A stretch of 62,740 nucleotides of DNA, the filler included, from Bonamia ostreae (lineage: Eukaryota), in the NCBI GenBank assembly GCA_040357525.1. It is 47 parts of 47 records of this genome, joined end to end, with 100 filler letters (N's around TTAATTAATTAA, not from the genome) between each part and the next. Parts side by side here need not be neighbours in the genome. Positions count along the whole stretch, not along the records: positions 1 to 1,246 come from JBDODL010002249.1; positions 1,347 to 2,592 come from JBDODL010002250.1; positions 2,693 to 3,937 come from JBDODL010002251.1; positions 4,038 to 5,282 come from JBDODL010002252.1; positions 5,383 to 6,627 come from JBDODL010002253.1; positions 6,728 to 7,972 come from JBDODL010002254.1; positions 8,073 to 9,316 come from JBDODL010002255.1; positions 9,417 to 10,660 come from JBDODL010002256.1; 39 more parts are not named here. One strand, 5' to 3'. Under the pieces are notes generated by a model. It was given only the letters and a program-made list of their open reading frames with translations. It was not told the origin of the DNA and did no database searches. The position numbers were made by a program, and so were the translations under genes. The stretch's first letter is position 1, and every line of letters starts with the position of its first letter. Below, one piece after another: positions 1 through 11,080 of this stretch.

Positions 1-145
1 ACAAATTATCGCTGCAAAATTAGATCAGGTCGATCTACAACCACAAAAAACTACAGAACAAAAAGCTCAAAACAAAATTTAAGCCACAACCTATATACAA
101 AAACTTTAACCAGCTTTAAAATTTAGGAATAGGTTTTCTGTAGTG

Positions 146-1148
146 ATGAGTCTAGAAGAAAACGAGGTTTTTACCAACCAACGTCAGCAAAACGACACCG
201 AAGCTCCTCTCGGGGCAAAGCTTTCCAAAGACGACCAGATCGAGACCAACTGGGGCGAGATCTCGGAGCAGCTGGGCGTCCCCGAAATAGTCGAGCGCTT
301 CGAAGACATGGAAATCAACCCGAAAATCCTGCGCGGGCTGTTCACCTACGGCTTCGAGGAGCCTTCGTCCATCCAGCAGCGCGGCGTGATCGCCGTCAAC
401 ACCGGGCGCCACGTGATCGCGCAGGCGCAGAGCGGGACCGGCAAAACCGCCACCTTCGTGCTGGGCACTCTCAACCGCATCGACTTGGACCTGCCCAAGT
501 GCCAGGTCCTGGTGCTGGCGCCTACTCGCGAACTCGCCAACCAGATCTACGACGTCTACAACGCGATCGGCTACCACCTCAAAGCAGATGGCTTCGAAGT
601 GCTCGCCTGCGTGGGCGGCACCTCCGTGGACGAGGACCAGCGCGCGCTGCGCAAAGGCGTCCACATCGTAGTCGGCACGCCCGGGCGCGTGCGCCATCTC
701 GCGGAGAACGGTGATCTGCAGCTGAAACACATCCGCTCCTTCGTCCTCGACGAAGCGTTTCCAAATTCATCTTAGGGACGAGATGTTGTCGCGCGGGTTC
801 CAGGAGCAGATCTACGAGATCCTGGACGGGATCTCCAGCGACTACCAAGTCTGTCTGTTCTCGGCGACGCTCGAGAAGGAGACGCTCGACATCGCTGAGA
901 AGTTTATGAAGGACCCGATCATGATCCTCGTCAAGAAGGAGCAGGTGACGTTGGAAGGAATCACGCAGTTCTACATCTCGCTGAACGAGGAGTGGAAGTA
1001 CGACATTCTGTGCGACATCTACGACAGCGTCAAGATCAACCAGTGCATCATCTACTGCAACACCAAACGCACCGTAGAGTGGCTCGCGAAGCAGATGCTG
1101 AAAGACGATCACAGCGTTTCCATGATGCACGGCGACATGGAGGACCAC
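146..1148 (+). CDS. EIF4A: Eukaryotic translation initiation factor 4A (DEAD-box helicase), 3'-truncated; exons 146-756 and 776-1148
   Basis: Motifs GFEEPSSIQQ, AQSGTGKT, PTRELA, TPGR, SAT, LEGITQFY and HGDM. Removing 757-775 restores DEADEMLSRGF. The next donor GT is at 1149, followed by AT-rich intron. Confidence 0.95.
757..775 (+). other. 19-nt GT-AG spliceosomal intron (GTTTCCAAATTCATCTTAG) inside the DEAD motif
   Basis: GAC GAA GC|intron|G GAC GAG ATG gives D-E-A-D-E-M. It is an AT-rich insert in a GC-rich exon and explains the frame break. Confidence 0.93.
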
Positions 1149-1246
1149 GTACATTTTTAATTTTTAAAACATTTTTAATTTGACGACGAAAATATTAATT
1201 TTTAAATATTTTTGGCGATCTTAAAATTTTGTTTGGGAATGGTGGA

Positions 1247-1346
1247 NNNNNNNNNNNNNNNNNNNNNNNNNNNNNNNNNNNNNNNNNNNNTTAATTAATT
1301 AANNNNNNNNNNNNNNNNNNNNNNNNNNNNNNNNNNNNNNNNNNNN
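1247..1346. other. Artificial contig-joining spacer (44 N + TTAATTAATTAA + 44 N); first of 46 identical spacers
   Basis: The same 100-nt block recurs about every 1.33-1.35 kb. The core 12-mer carries stop codons in all six frames. Flanking contigs shrink steadily from 1246 to about 1228 bp. Confidence 0.98.
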
Positions 1347-1348
1347 AA

Positions 1349-1663
1349 TTCAACTTCAGAGGGAGAGATCAAAGCAAACTGGTCGGAGACTTGTCCGGGG
1401 GAGAAAAGAACCGAGTTGGATTGGCGAAAGTACTTTTGAATAACTGCAACGTGTTATTATTGGACGAGCCGTCGAACGATTTGGACATCATCACTTTAAC
1501 CGCGCTTGAGAGCTCCCTGAAAAGTTTTGGCGGGTGCGTTGTTTGCATATCGCACGACCGCTATTTTCTGAACAAAATATGTACACATATCATCGAGGTG
1601 AGAAGCGATGGTCGGGTAAGACTTTTTAACGGAAACTACGATTTTTACAAAAAAAATAAATAA
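1349..1663 (+). CDS. ABC-F ATPase, EttA/ChvD-like, C-terminal fragment
   Basis: FNFRGRDQSKLVGDLSGGEKNR...LLLDEPSNDLD...ISHDRYFL...FNGNY contains the signature, Walker B and H-loop. The FNFxGxDQxK segment is typical of EttA. Confidence 0.8.
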   Translation, partial: FNFRGRDQSKLVGDLSGGEKNRVGLAKVLLNNCNVLLLDEPSNDLDIITLTALESSLKSFGGCVVCISHDRYFLNKICTHIIEVRSDGRVRLFNGNYDFYKKNK

Positions 1664-2224
1664 TATTTTTCGTTGTGGGAATATAGAGGGCGAATCCATC
1701 CTCGACGTAGCCCCTGATACGTTCTGTAAATTTACAGCAATTTTGGAAGAGGAAATATTATAATTTATAACACCATCAAATTTCAGCAATTTTTTGGCAC
1801 TCAATAAAGTTCGCGACCAAAATTTTTAAAAGGACCTTACAGGAAACTAATAAACCGGACTGAGAATAAAAGGAATCAACTCTAATAGATACGAAAACTC
1901 TAAAAAAGGGAATCAACGAAAATTCTAAAAAAATCGGAACTATGATAGATCCATTTGTTAGAAGAAAAACTTTTAAAAAAAGTTATCAGTAGAAAAAATG
2001 AGTCAAAAATTGGAATGCTTAAAATGCATTTTGTAAGGTCTAGAGAAAAATTGCAAAAAAGATCAGAAATGGTTCAATAATGCATTCGCTGTGATTTAAA
2101 GAAATATGAAAAAGAGTTTCTAAAAAGATTAAATTGCAAAAAATGACATAAACGATATTTGGCTAGATACAGCCAAAAGATAGGTTCACCTAAATATTTG
2201 AAAAAAAAGATAAAATTTGGACAA

Positions 2225-2460
2225 TAGTTATTAAGCTAAAGCAACGGTTATGCATTCAATCAATCAATTTTTTTTGATTGTTAGGTGAATATATTCCCCA
2301 TGAATTTATGAATGCACAAGTTATTCAGCTAAGTCATATTGGCGTCCGTTTGAATAAATATCTCTGGAAATGTATCCCCAAATATATTGATGGGATTGCA
2401 GTACGGAGATAGTGCCGGCCATTCCAAAAGTTCCACTTTGTGTTTAGCAAAAAATGACAA
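2225..2460 (-). mobile_element. Degenerate Tc1/mariner (Tc3-like) transposase, C-terminal relic
   Basis: Minus strand reads KVELLEWPALSPYCNPI/(frameshift)YIWGYISRDIYSNGRQY...KKLID*MHNRCFSLI. This matches WPxxSPDLNPIENxW and LIxSMxxRC, with a frameshift and stops. Confidence 0.75.
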
Positions 2461-4520
2461 AGTTACATCTAATTTGTAGGTAAATCCAACAAATTAGATG
2501 TAAGTTAGTGTACATAAATTTTATATAAATTAGTTGTAATAATGTATATCAACTAAAAAGATAAGAATTACAACAACTCTATTTATAAACAANNNNNNNN
2601 NNNNNNNNNNNNNNNNNNNNNNNNNNNNNNNNNNNNTTAATTAATTAANNNNNNNNNNNNNNNNNNNNNNNNNNNNNNNNNNNNNNNNNNNNCAAGCCGA
2701 AAATCTAAATCTAAATTCTGAATTCTGTATCTTCAATTTGGGCATGCTTCAGGTGGTATTTGCAAAATGTTCAAAACCGTGATAGCATTTCAAAACTTGA
2801 AAATGCAGGTAGACAGTAAGTATTACACAAGCTCAAAATACCTCTGCAAACATTTAACAAGAAAAATGCCACTTACACAAAATCTAATCATTTTATTAGA
2901 TTACATTTACCACTGAGATGAGCTTCTTTCAACGATTGAAACGATAGTGAAAATTAAATGATGAGGGAGGATGGGGAATTCGCCAATTTGAATGTGGCAA
3001 CCTTTCAGATATTGTTTGAGAAAACCATACTTCTTCAAAGGCACATCTCGTAAAACCCGTGTATTTTAAAACAAAATGCAATATTAACGTGTTAAATAAA
3101 CATGAGATTCAATGCGGTTCTTTTTATAAACGAATCCTACAATTTATTGAAAACTAAAGTTTACGGAACTGTAATTTACGATGAAAACCAAATTCTAAAA
3201 AATCTTCTTACAACACTCTTTGCCCAATCTCTACAACATTGTGATACCTTTGTATAATATCTTCACAACGTCTGCATAATACCTGTAATACAACTGTATC
3301 TATTCAATCTTTTTACAAGCTCTGTGCAATGATCGGTTAATCTTTATACAACTTCTGTCCATTGTGTAAACATTTTTGCACAATCTCTTGGTATTATATA
3401 AAATCTATTCCAACGATAACTCTTGTCCTTTGAATTCAGCTCATGTAAGGCCTCATCTTAACGAAATCTACACCTTGTATTTCCTTTAAAACTGTACCTC
3501 TACTATCGAATCACAACGTTTTTAATGCAAACAACCTACATTTGTATGTGTGTAGACATACATTTTTAAGCGAAATCCACTTGTTCTTATTCTTTCAACT
3601 ATATTTCAGCTTTACAAGTCATTACTAGTGATAAACATATATTTAAAAATAAGCACCTGAAGACATTAATTTTAAAATGATCCGAAATTCATAGAATGTT
3701 TAGAGACTCATTTTCATAACTAAATCTCTCAAAGATTATACCAGACATACATGTAGTACTAAGTATGCAAGGGGAAATATTGTCAGAATGGATATACAGT
3801 ATGGGAGGCATAATGAAATAAATGTACAAATGTATGTTATTCACCTTTCTGTTTAGTTAAAAGAGAAATATGAAATAGTAACAATAACGAAGAGTGATCT
3901 ATCTCATCAAAGATGAAGATAACGAACAATGTTCAATNNNNNNNNNNNNNNNNNNNNNNNNNNNNNNNNNNNNNNNNNNNNTTAATTAATTAANNNNNNN
4001 NNNNNNNNNNNNNNNNNNNNNNNNNNNNNNNNNNNNNAACACTCTAACCTCTAGTTCTATCTTAATGACAAGACGTGTATACAGTTGTAGTTTTAAATAT
4101 TACTCACACTGTAGTAAACTCAGTCTGCAATCGATATAAACAATGCTCTATATCAGGTCTCGATGTGCTCTTGCTAAGAATTCGCCGAAGGATTTCACAA
4201 AGAGTGAACGTCCAATCTTCTTTCTCTTTCACACCCGACTGTACAGATGAAATCAATTGTAAATCATGATTTATACAAAATCATTACATTAATTAACTGA
4301 TGATAAATATTATTGGTGTAATAGTGTGTGCCAGAAATAGAACAGCAGGTTACATTTAGCTGTCTTTGCATCCCACAATCGCGCTACTTACAAGTTTGTC
4401 AGTCGTTCTCCCAAGTGTATCAAAGAAATTTGGAGACTCTGCAAGAACCTGCATCAAATAAACTATAGTTCAAAATTTGTACATATTTCATTTCATCTAT
4501 TATTCCATGAATCAATTTCT

Positions 4521-4596
4521 AGAGAGANNNNNNNNNNGAGAGAGAGAGAGAGCGAGAGAGAGCGACAGACAGAGAGAGAGAGACAGACAGAAAGAG
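4521..4596. repeat. (GA)n/(GACA)n microsatellite with an internal N gap
   Basis: Visible directly in the sequence. Confidence 0.9.
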
Positions 4597-4613
4597 ACTG
4601 ATATGTATATTAC

Positions 4614-4673
4614 TTGATACACGCTATTTCTATAGCACGTTAGTCCTAAATTTGGCAATCCTGATTCTCTCGC
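4614..4673 (-). CDS. 60-nt exon encoding a ubiquitin-specific protease Cys box (animal-type gene)
   Basis: cag|ARESGLPNLGLTCYRNSVYQ|gt matches the USP consensus GLxNLGNTCYxNSxxQ, with canonical splice sites. Confidence 0.7.
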
Positions 4674-6727
4674 CTGTAAGGATATAAATAATGAAGAATC
4701 ATTCTTGTAATGAAAATAATGTGCACATTGACCATCACAGATCATGACGAACTTTTGCACATGGTATGCATTCTTCAGTCTTTTTATCATGACACCTTTA
4801 CAGGTGTACAGTGGATCGTGTTTCCATGACAGCGTTGTCCCCATTTTACTTGTAAAAATAGAGGCCCCAGTTAATGCATATTTTTAATATTATATGTATG
4901 TATTTTTATTTAATCTCCCTTTACTATTTTACAACTCTTTGATCTGTGTATTTTTCGAAATAAGATAAATTTACTCAAATGCGTCAAAACATAAAATTCA
5001 TAAGATTCAATTGAAATTGAAAGAAAATTGTTTAAATTTTGGGCAGAAACGCAGATAGTAGTGGGAATTCTTAAATTTATAAATGTATACCACGTATATC
5101 AAAAGTAAAATAGAAATAAAGTGCATCGCAACGACACATGATGAGTCTGTTATATATTTATTCATTACAAACAAGTTATGTCAACCTCAAATGGTGTAAA
5201 GATTGCCTTTAGTTCTGAGGTAAATTCAATATTATTTCATGTAATGTGTCTATTGTACATTGTAATTAACTTCTAATTGCATNNNNNNNNNNNNNNNNNN
5301 NNNNNNNNNNNNNNNNNNNNNNNNNNTTAATTAATTAANNNNNNNNNNNNNNNNNNNNNNNNNNNNNNNNNNNNNNNNNNNNGTATGTTCACATTGAGAA
5401 CAATTGGAAAGGCAACACAGCTGTGAATACTATATAGCCCCGTGTATTCGTATTTGACAATTTGCACACGTTTATGTGGTTATTTCAAATGATATAATTT
5501 CCTATATAAATTCAAATGAATAAGAAACCATGCATCGTACGTATGTTTTTATTGACAATAAAAACGGATATTAAATTTTATATTTATTTCTCTCATATCT
5601 AGTTCTTTTGCACTTATATTTCATTTCGGTTATACATGTATAAGTACCAGAGTAGGCTTCCTTGCCAACTAACAGTTCCTATTAAGTTTATTTTACAAAT
5701 TTTGTGTTTTAGTTTTATTGAGTGCATCATTGACACAGATGTTTTATCAGCGATGGGTATGAGTTGGATTAGATATCTGTTGTTAAATACAAACATAGAG
5801 GGGCTATAAGATTGATCAATGTTTGTTATCTTTATTTCTTCATTGAACTGGGTAAGTTTTGCACGTATTTTTCATTATTCAAAGTCAAGAGAAAATGAAA
5901 TACAAATGGTGAATCCAAAACATGTTTCCAAATAGAAATTCCTAACTTGTAAAGTTTCCATCATAATGCAAGTAATATTGATGTTAGAAATGCTTCTTTA
6001 TTTTTCTAAAATTTTGAAATGCAATCATGAAAACACGGTAATCACCAGCCTCAGCAGAAAATGAGCTAATTCCTATGTCATACTACCCTGCTATGATTAG
6101 GAACATATATAATTGTAATGTCTCTGTGCCTAGGTTCTGGAAATTGATAGTTAAAAAATAGACTCCTTTGAATTCCGAAAGGAAAGTACGTCATGAATAA
6201 GCAATGCCCGGAAAATACTTCAAATGTGTGGTTCCAGGCTTTTTATGTCGCTATTGTATCATGAAATTAAATATCTATTAACTGTCGATATGCATGACTA
6301 TACCCCATAGTACACTACCGCACAGAAAAAAACCCCATATACTTTCGGGTAATCTGATTGGCGTGGCAATTGATAATGAAAATAACATTGAAAAGATGCT
6401 TTTCATCAAAAATATGCATTTAGTCTCCAACTTGAATGACTACGTGGTAAATTACTGAGACTATAGGTAATGCATATTAAATATAAAACATGTACTGTTG
6501 GGTAAGTTTTGTATTTTTTATCATTCAAAGTCAGAATATATAAAAAATATCTATAAAAATCAATCAGGTATTTTAGGTATAATTTGTTTGATAATTACTG
6601 TTTGCTTCACAATAAAGAAACATTGAANNNNNNNNNNNNNNNNNNNNNNNNNNNNNNNNNNNNNNNNNNNNTTAATTAATTAANNNNNNNNNNNNNNNNN
6701 NNNNNNNNNNNNNNNNNNNNNNNNNNN

Positions 6728-7972
6728 ACGGTGCGTTTAAACGAAATCGTTGACCATATAGCGAAAACTATAGATAGTCAGTCGCTAATCCATATAAGTG
6801 AGGTCGAAAATATAAAAACAATTGGATTGGCCCTTGGATGTGAACCAAATAACATTAGAAGCGAAGCTGGAATTATTGATTTCATACGCGAATTCGTTGC
6901 AGAAATTCTACAACGAGATAGATCCGTAACGGACACCTTTAATCTACGCGAAACAGTGGCAGATGAATTAGCAAGAAAAAACTCGGAAATTCATCGGCTT
7001 AATGGTTTATTGGGTTTGGCAAATAATAGATATGGAGATCTCAACATGGAGAACCAACAACAATCAACGATTGTCGCTAGATGTTTGAATAAATTGAATG
7101 CCTGCATTGTAAACAACGATAAGCGATCGCATTCCAGGCAACTAAACGAAAGCGATATTGAAGCTACTGTAGACCAAGTGTGTGCCGACATGACTGCCTT
7201 ATTCAAATCGAATGAGAGACTAACAGATGAAATTGGTAGGATAAATGATCGAACGGATGACTCACATAATGCAACAAATATAAAAACAGCACAACTTAAA
7301 CAATTAAAACAATCAAACAGAACATTAACAAAGGAGAAAAAAACATTAATTGAGCAAATACGAGTAGTGGAAAACAACCATGATATCGAATTGGCTGCGA
7401 TGAAAGCTGATAATGATAGATTGAATACAGACATAGCAAATGCAAATGCGGAAATTGTCAAACTAGTAACAGAAGTTGGTCTCAAAGAAAAATCTATCGC
7501 GTCGCATCGATCGCAACTCGACGGTTTACTGGGTAGATCGACCATTATTGAAGGACAATTGCGAGAATCGAATGTACGATGCACAAGTCTTCTAGAAAGT
7601 AATAATGTTGTGAACGCGGAACTATCCAAAATTAACGAATTATACGAGAAGCTTAAAATTGAGTATGATAGAAAACAGATAGATTTGACAGACGAATCGA
7701 GGGCACTACAGGAGAAGTTTGATAATGCTAATAAAACCGTGACCGATTTACAGACGCGACTCAGATTCGCATTACAAAAAACTGCCGAGTCTGAAAAAAA
7801 AACGACTGAATTTGCTCAACAGATATCGCACACGCTAGACACTAATCAATCGCTGAACAAGACTAATGTTGCTCTCAAAGAAAAATTAAAAACAAAAAAT
7901 GACCAATATACTACGATATATGATGAATTAGCTGAGAAAAGTATCAAATTGAAGACTGTTGAATCGCAAGTA
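6728..7972 (+). CDS. Long intron-less coiled-coil protein fragment, unknown family
   Basis: The frame is open across the whole contig (over 410 codons) and is rich in heptad L/K/E/N/Q. No diagnostic motif was recognised. Confidence 0.7.
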
Positions 7973-8072
7973 NNNNNNNNNNNNNNNNNNNNNNNNNNNN
8001 NNNNNNNNNNNNNNNNTTAATTAATTAANNNNNNNNNNNNNNNNNNNNNNNNNNNNNNNNNNNNNNNNNNNN

Positions 8073-8592
8073 GTTTTTTGGAAGGATTGGCCGCGCTGAA
8101 TCCGCAGAACGTGTTCATGGTCTTCTCTTGCAAAAATCATCCTGAGGATGAGGTTCCAAAAGAAGAGAAATGTTTTGGGGCAAGAAATGGAGTGGTAAAG
8201 ATGGATATTCCAACTAATGAGAAGTTAATGTCGGGGCGACTGAATTACTCATAAATACTTAGAGCCTACACTTTTCGAGGCGCCGGATTACTAAAAATGA
8301 CAAATTGGAGTCTTTGGGTTCATCAAGTCTTGAAAAATGATTTTCAATCTAATAAAATTTGCAAAAATCGGTTAAATAAAATTTTCCAAAATCGATTAAA
8401 TGAACAAAACGTCATTCAAAAAACTGCTAATTTACATGAGAACAAATAAATTTCTTTTACCTGAAGGAATGGATTATAAACCTCTTCGTTTTCCAAATCG
8501 CTACAGATCTGTTAAACAAATCGATCTTGCGTATTAACTCTCCCGCAGAAAATCCAAGAATAAGAGATCTTAATTTTTCGACATCGATTTGA
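8073..8592 (+). CDS. Hypothetical multi-exon protist protein, 3' fragment
   Basis: Three coding-like segments can be joined through GT-AG introns (about 8225-8263 and 8327-8467). No family was recognised. Confidence 0.4.
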
Positions 8593-8617
8593 GTAAAATA
8601 AAAAATAATGTAAGGAT

Positions 8618-9316
8618 TTATACGATGATCTCAAATACTTCTTCTTCGTTAGAATTTGTATTCGCGGATGTTTTATTCTTTGAATCTGTGAGCACTACAG
8701 TTTGAGTGGAAATTCCCGAAGATTTATTTCTGTTTTTTGGTGATCTGAAGCAAAGGATTCTTCGGAAAAAAGAGATCGTCAAGAAGAAAACAAGCAGTAC
8801 AACAACAATAGGCACAATGATCACAACATATAATGTTGGGGCTGGTTGGCAACAAGGTTGATGCACGAATCCGCGAAAAATGCAATCTTCCTCCCCATAT
8901 CTTGTCCCTAACCTGCTTTGGTAGAACATATCGCAGTAGAAGACGCATGGTCCATTCATTTTACAGCCACTCAAAATTTTTCCGTGATCTATCGATTCAT
9001 ATAGGCACGCTTGGGTGATTTTATACGTCATAATAGTCGTCACAGACGGAACCCCGTCATCAGAGCAGCTCACCCAAAGGGACCGCATATATTTCTTGTT
9101 CTGTTCAATAAAAAAGTTTTTGCCAGCCACTGCCAGGCATCTCCGGAAAAACCTTTGTTTTTCATCGTCACAATTTTCAAAAACAATTGATTTTGCAGTA
9201 GTCACAGATGGGTATGTACAACCTAAAATTAACTTGAAAACTTTTAACAAAGCTAATTTTCAACGAAGTTGGATCAAAGGTAGGAGAACATGGTAACAAT
9301 TTCGAATCAATTCTTG
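8618..9316 (-). CDS. Cys-rich single-pass membrane protein (5'-truncated), with a predicted 19-nt intron at 9223-9241
   Basis: Cys-rich ectodomain, then hydrophobic LYVVIIVPIVVVLLVFFLTISFF, a basic stop-transfer segment and a short tail. Removing GTTTTCAAGTTAATTTTAG extends the open frame to the contig end. Confidence 0.65.
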
Positions 9317-9450
9317 NNNNNNNNNNNNNNNNNNNNNNNNNNNNNNNNNNNNNNNNNNNNTTAATTAATTAANNNNNNNNNNNNNNNNNNNNNNNNNNNN
9401 NNNNNNNNNNNNNNNNCTTTATCGACTAAAAATTGCAAAATATAAATCTT

Positions 9451-9487
9451 GGCCAATCACGGCCAATCAAAAAAACGAGCCAATCAC
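9451..9487 (+). promoter_or_regulatory. Three tandem CCAAT boxes (RGCCAATCA) upstream of the RING E3 gene
   Basis: GGCCAATCAC (9451), GGCCAATCAA (9461) and AGCCAATCAC (9478) lie in AT-rich DNA about 250-280 bp before the ATG at 9733. Confidence 0.55.
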
Positions 9488-9732
9488 GGCTAGAAAAAAT
9501 TTTCAAGGGCAACCTCAAATAAAAAATTCATTGAAAACATTCAAAAACATTCAAAAACATTAAATTATTAAAACAAAAAATTTTATTTCCAAAACAAAAA
9601 ATATATTCGCTAATACTAATCCATTTTCAAATCAAATTCTTCCTTAAGCTCTCGACTAAATTTAAGCCTCAACTTATAACGAAAGTCTAATATCGCAAAG
9701 CTAAGTTTATAATAATCGGAACAGAAAATAAA

Positions 9733-10479
9733 ATGAACGAACCAATGCGGAGCATAGAACCTGACGTGCCCCGCCAGCAAATCGACCGCGAAACCGCCGC
9801 GCGCCAGGCCGAGATGACCACACAATACGACCCCCTCTTCCAAAAATTGTACCTCATTTGCTCCAGTGCCCTTGTTATCTTCTCCATTGCCATCGTCATC
9901 ATCCGCTGGACCGCGACTTGCAACATGCCTCTCCGCTATTGGCTCCTCGTCAACGCGGTCACTTCTTTAATTTACATGAATTTGAACGCTTTCGCGTTCA
10001 CCAATTTTGCGCACCGCTTCGTGACGATACGAGTCATCAACGCTTTCCGCGTTTTCTTCATACTTTTGTGGGTGTTCGGGCAGTTCTACGTTTTCAGCGC
10101 TTCGCCCAAAACCTGCGACGCGGTGCTGTGGGGTTCGTGTTTGGCGCTGATAATTCTGGAATACATTCGGATTTCATTCCCAGTACTCCTCATTCTGACG
10201 ATCTTTTGGTGGTATCCGCTGTTGGAGCGGTTTCTGGAGAACTCGCAGCATCCGGGGGCGACGCCGGAAGAGATTTCGGGGCTGCCGATAAAGAAGTTTG
10301 GGAAGGAAGAGAGTTGCTCGATATGCTTGAGCGCGGCGTCAATGGACGAGGAAGCGAGAGTGATCCCGTGTGGGCACCTCTTCCACGCAAAATGTCTGGA
10401 TTCGTGGCTGCAAGTAAAGTCGTTGTGTCCGTTGTGCAGGGCGTCGGTTTTCAAAGGAAATGAGAAGGAGTTGGTTTGA
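9733..10479 (+). CDS. Multi-pass transmembrane RING-H2 E3 ubiquitin ligase
   Basis: Several TM helices (CNMPLRYWLLV, WVFGQFYVF), a GATPEEISGLP segment and a C-terminal CSICL...PCGHLFHAKCLDSWLQVKSLCPLCR RING-H2. The ORF is complete. Confidence 0.92.
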   Translation: MNEPMRSIEPDVPRQQIDRETAARQAEMTTQYDPLFQKLYLICSSALVIFSIAIVIIRWTATCNMPLRYWLLVNAVTSLIYMNLNAFAFTNFAHRFVTIRVINAFRVFFILLWVFGQFYVFSASPKTCDAVLWGSCLALIILEYIRISFPVLLILTIFWWYPLLERFLENSQHPGATPEEISGLPIKKFGKEESCSICLSAASMDEEARVIPCGHLFHAKCLDSWLQVKSLCPLCRASVFKGNEKELV

Positions 10480-10879
10480 ATGTCTGAAATAAATATTTTG
10501 TGTTTTGAGATTTTTCTTTTCTGTTTTGAAATAAATATTTTGTTGTTCTTTTTGCGATGCTTCGTTTTTCTTAAAATTGTTCTTTTTGGAAGTTGTAAAA
10601 TTGATTAAAAAAAGAGATTTCAAAAAGATTGTTTTTTTAAGATTTCAGAATTGATAAAAANNNNNNNNNNNNNNNNNNNNNNNNNNNNNNNNNNNNNNNN
10701 NNNNTTAATTAATTAANNNNNNNNNNNNNNNNNNNNNNNNNNNNNNNNNNNNNNNNNNNNTAAGAAATATTCAATCATTCAATCAATCAATGGATATTAA
10801 AATTCAAACCGTATCCGTCATATTCGTTTCAATAGAGTGTTTACCTTTACCTTGACGAAAACGTACTATATAGTTTTCA

Positions 10880-10985
10880 AAACAGTGACCAATGTCATGA
10901 ATTCTATAAAGAATACAAAAAGTAAGAGTAATGCAAACACGGACCCTTGGACAACGTAGAAGTGGGATCTGGTGACTAGACGATA
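10880..10985 (+). repeat. Interspersed repeat copy (host-type); related fragments at about 3880-3935 (+), 5795-5845 (-) and 13025-13075 (+)
   Basis: A shared core resembling GAAGATAACGAACAGTGAYCAATCTCATAA occurs in four separate contigs. From memory it resembles an abundant oyster repeat. Confidence 0.6.
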
Positions 10986-11080
10986 TAAGAAAAAATCTTT
11001 TCATTTAAAGGTATGATATTTTGTTGATCATATGCGTTTTCGCTATCCAAGAACTACACGTGGGGTTTTTGTTTTTACAG

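Noticed and set aside
152-1154. Long antisense or overlapping ORFs over eIF4A, the RING E3, H2A.Z and the coiled-coil gene
   Set aside because: These are shadow frames of real genes caused by codon bias, with no motifs.
143-1160. Split ORFs in eIF4A, ARL1, CKS1 and H2A.Z as programmed frameshifts or pseudogenes
   Set aside because: Each break is resolved exactly by a GT-AG intron that restores conserved residues.
1291-1302. Regularly spaced TTAATTAATTAA palindrome that could look like a repeat array or recombination site
   Set aside because: It is always centred in 88 Ns and has stops in all frames, so it is an assembly linker. ORFs ending in X...LIN/N are artefacts of it.
8236-8263. Possible GC-AG tiny intron
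   Set aside because: A canonical 39-nt GT-AG intron using the same acceptor restores the same frame, and no homology distinguishes the two.
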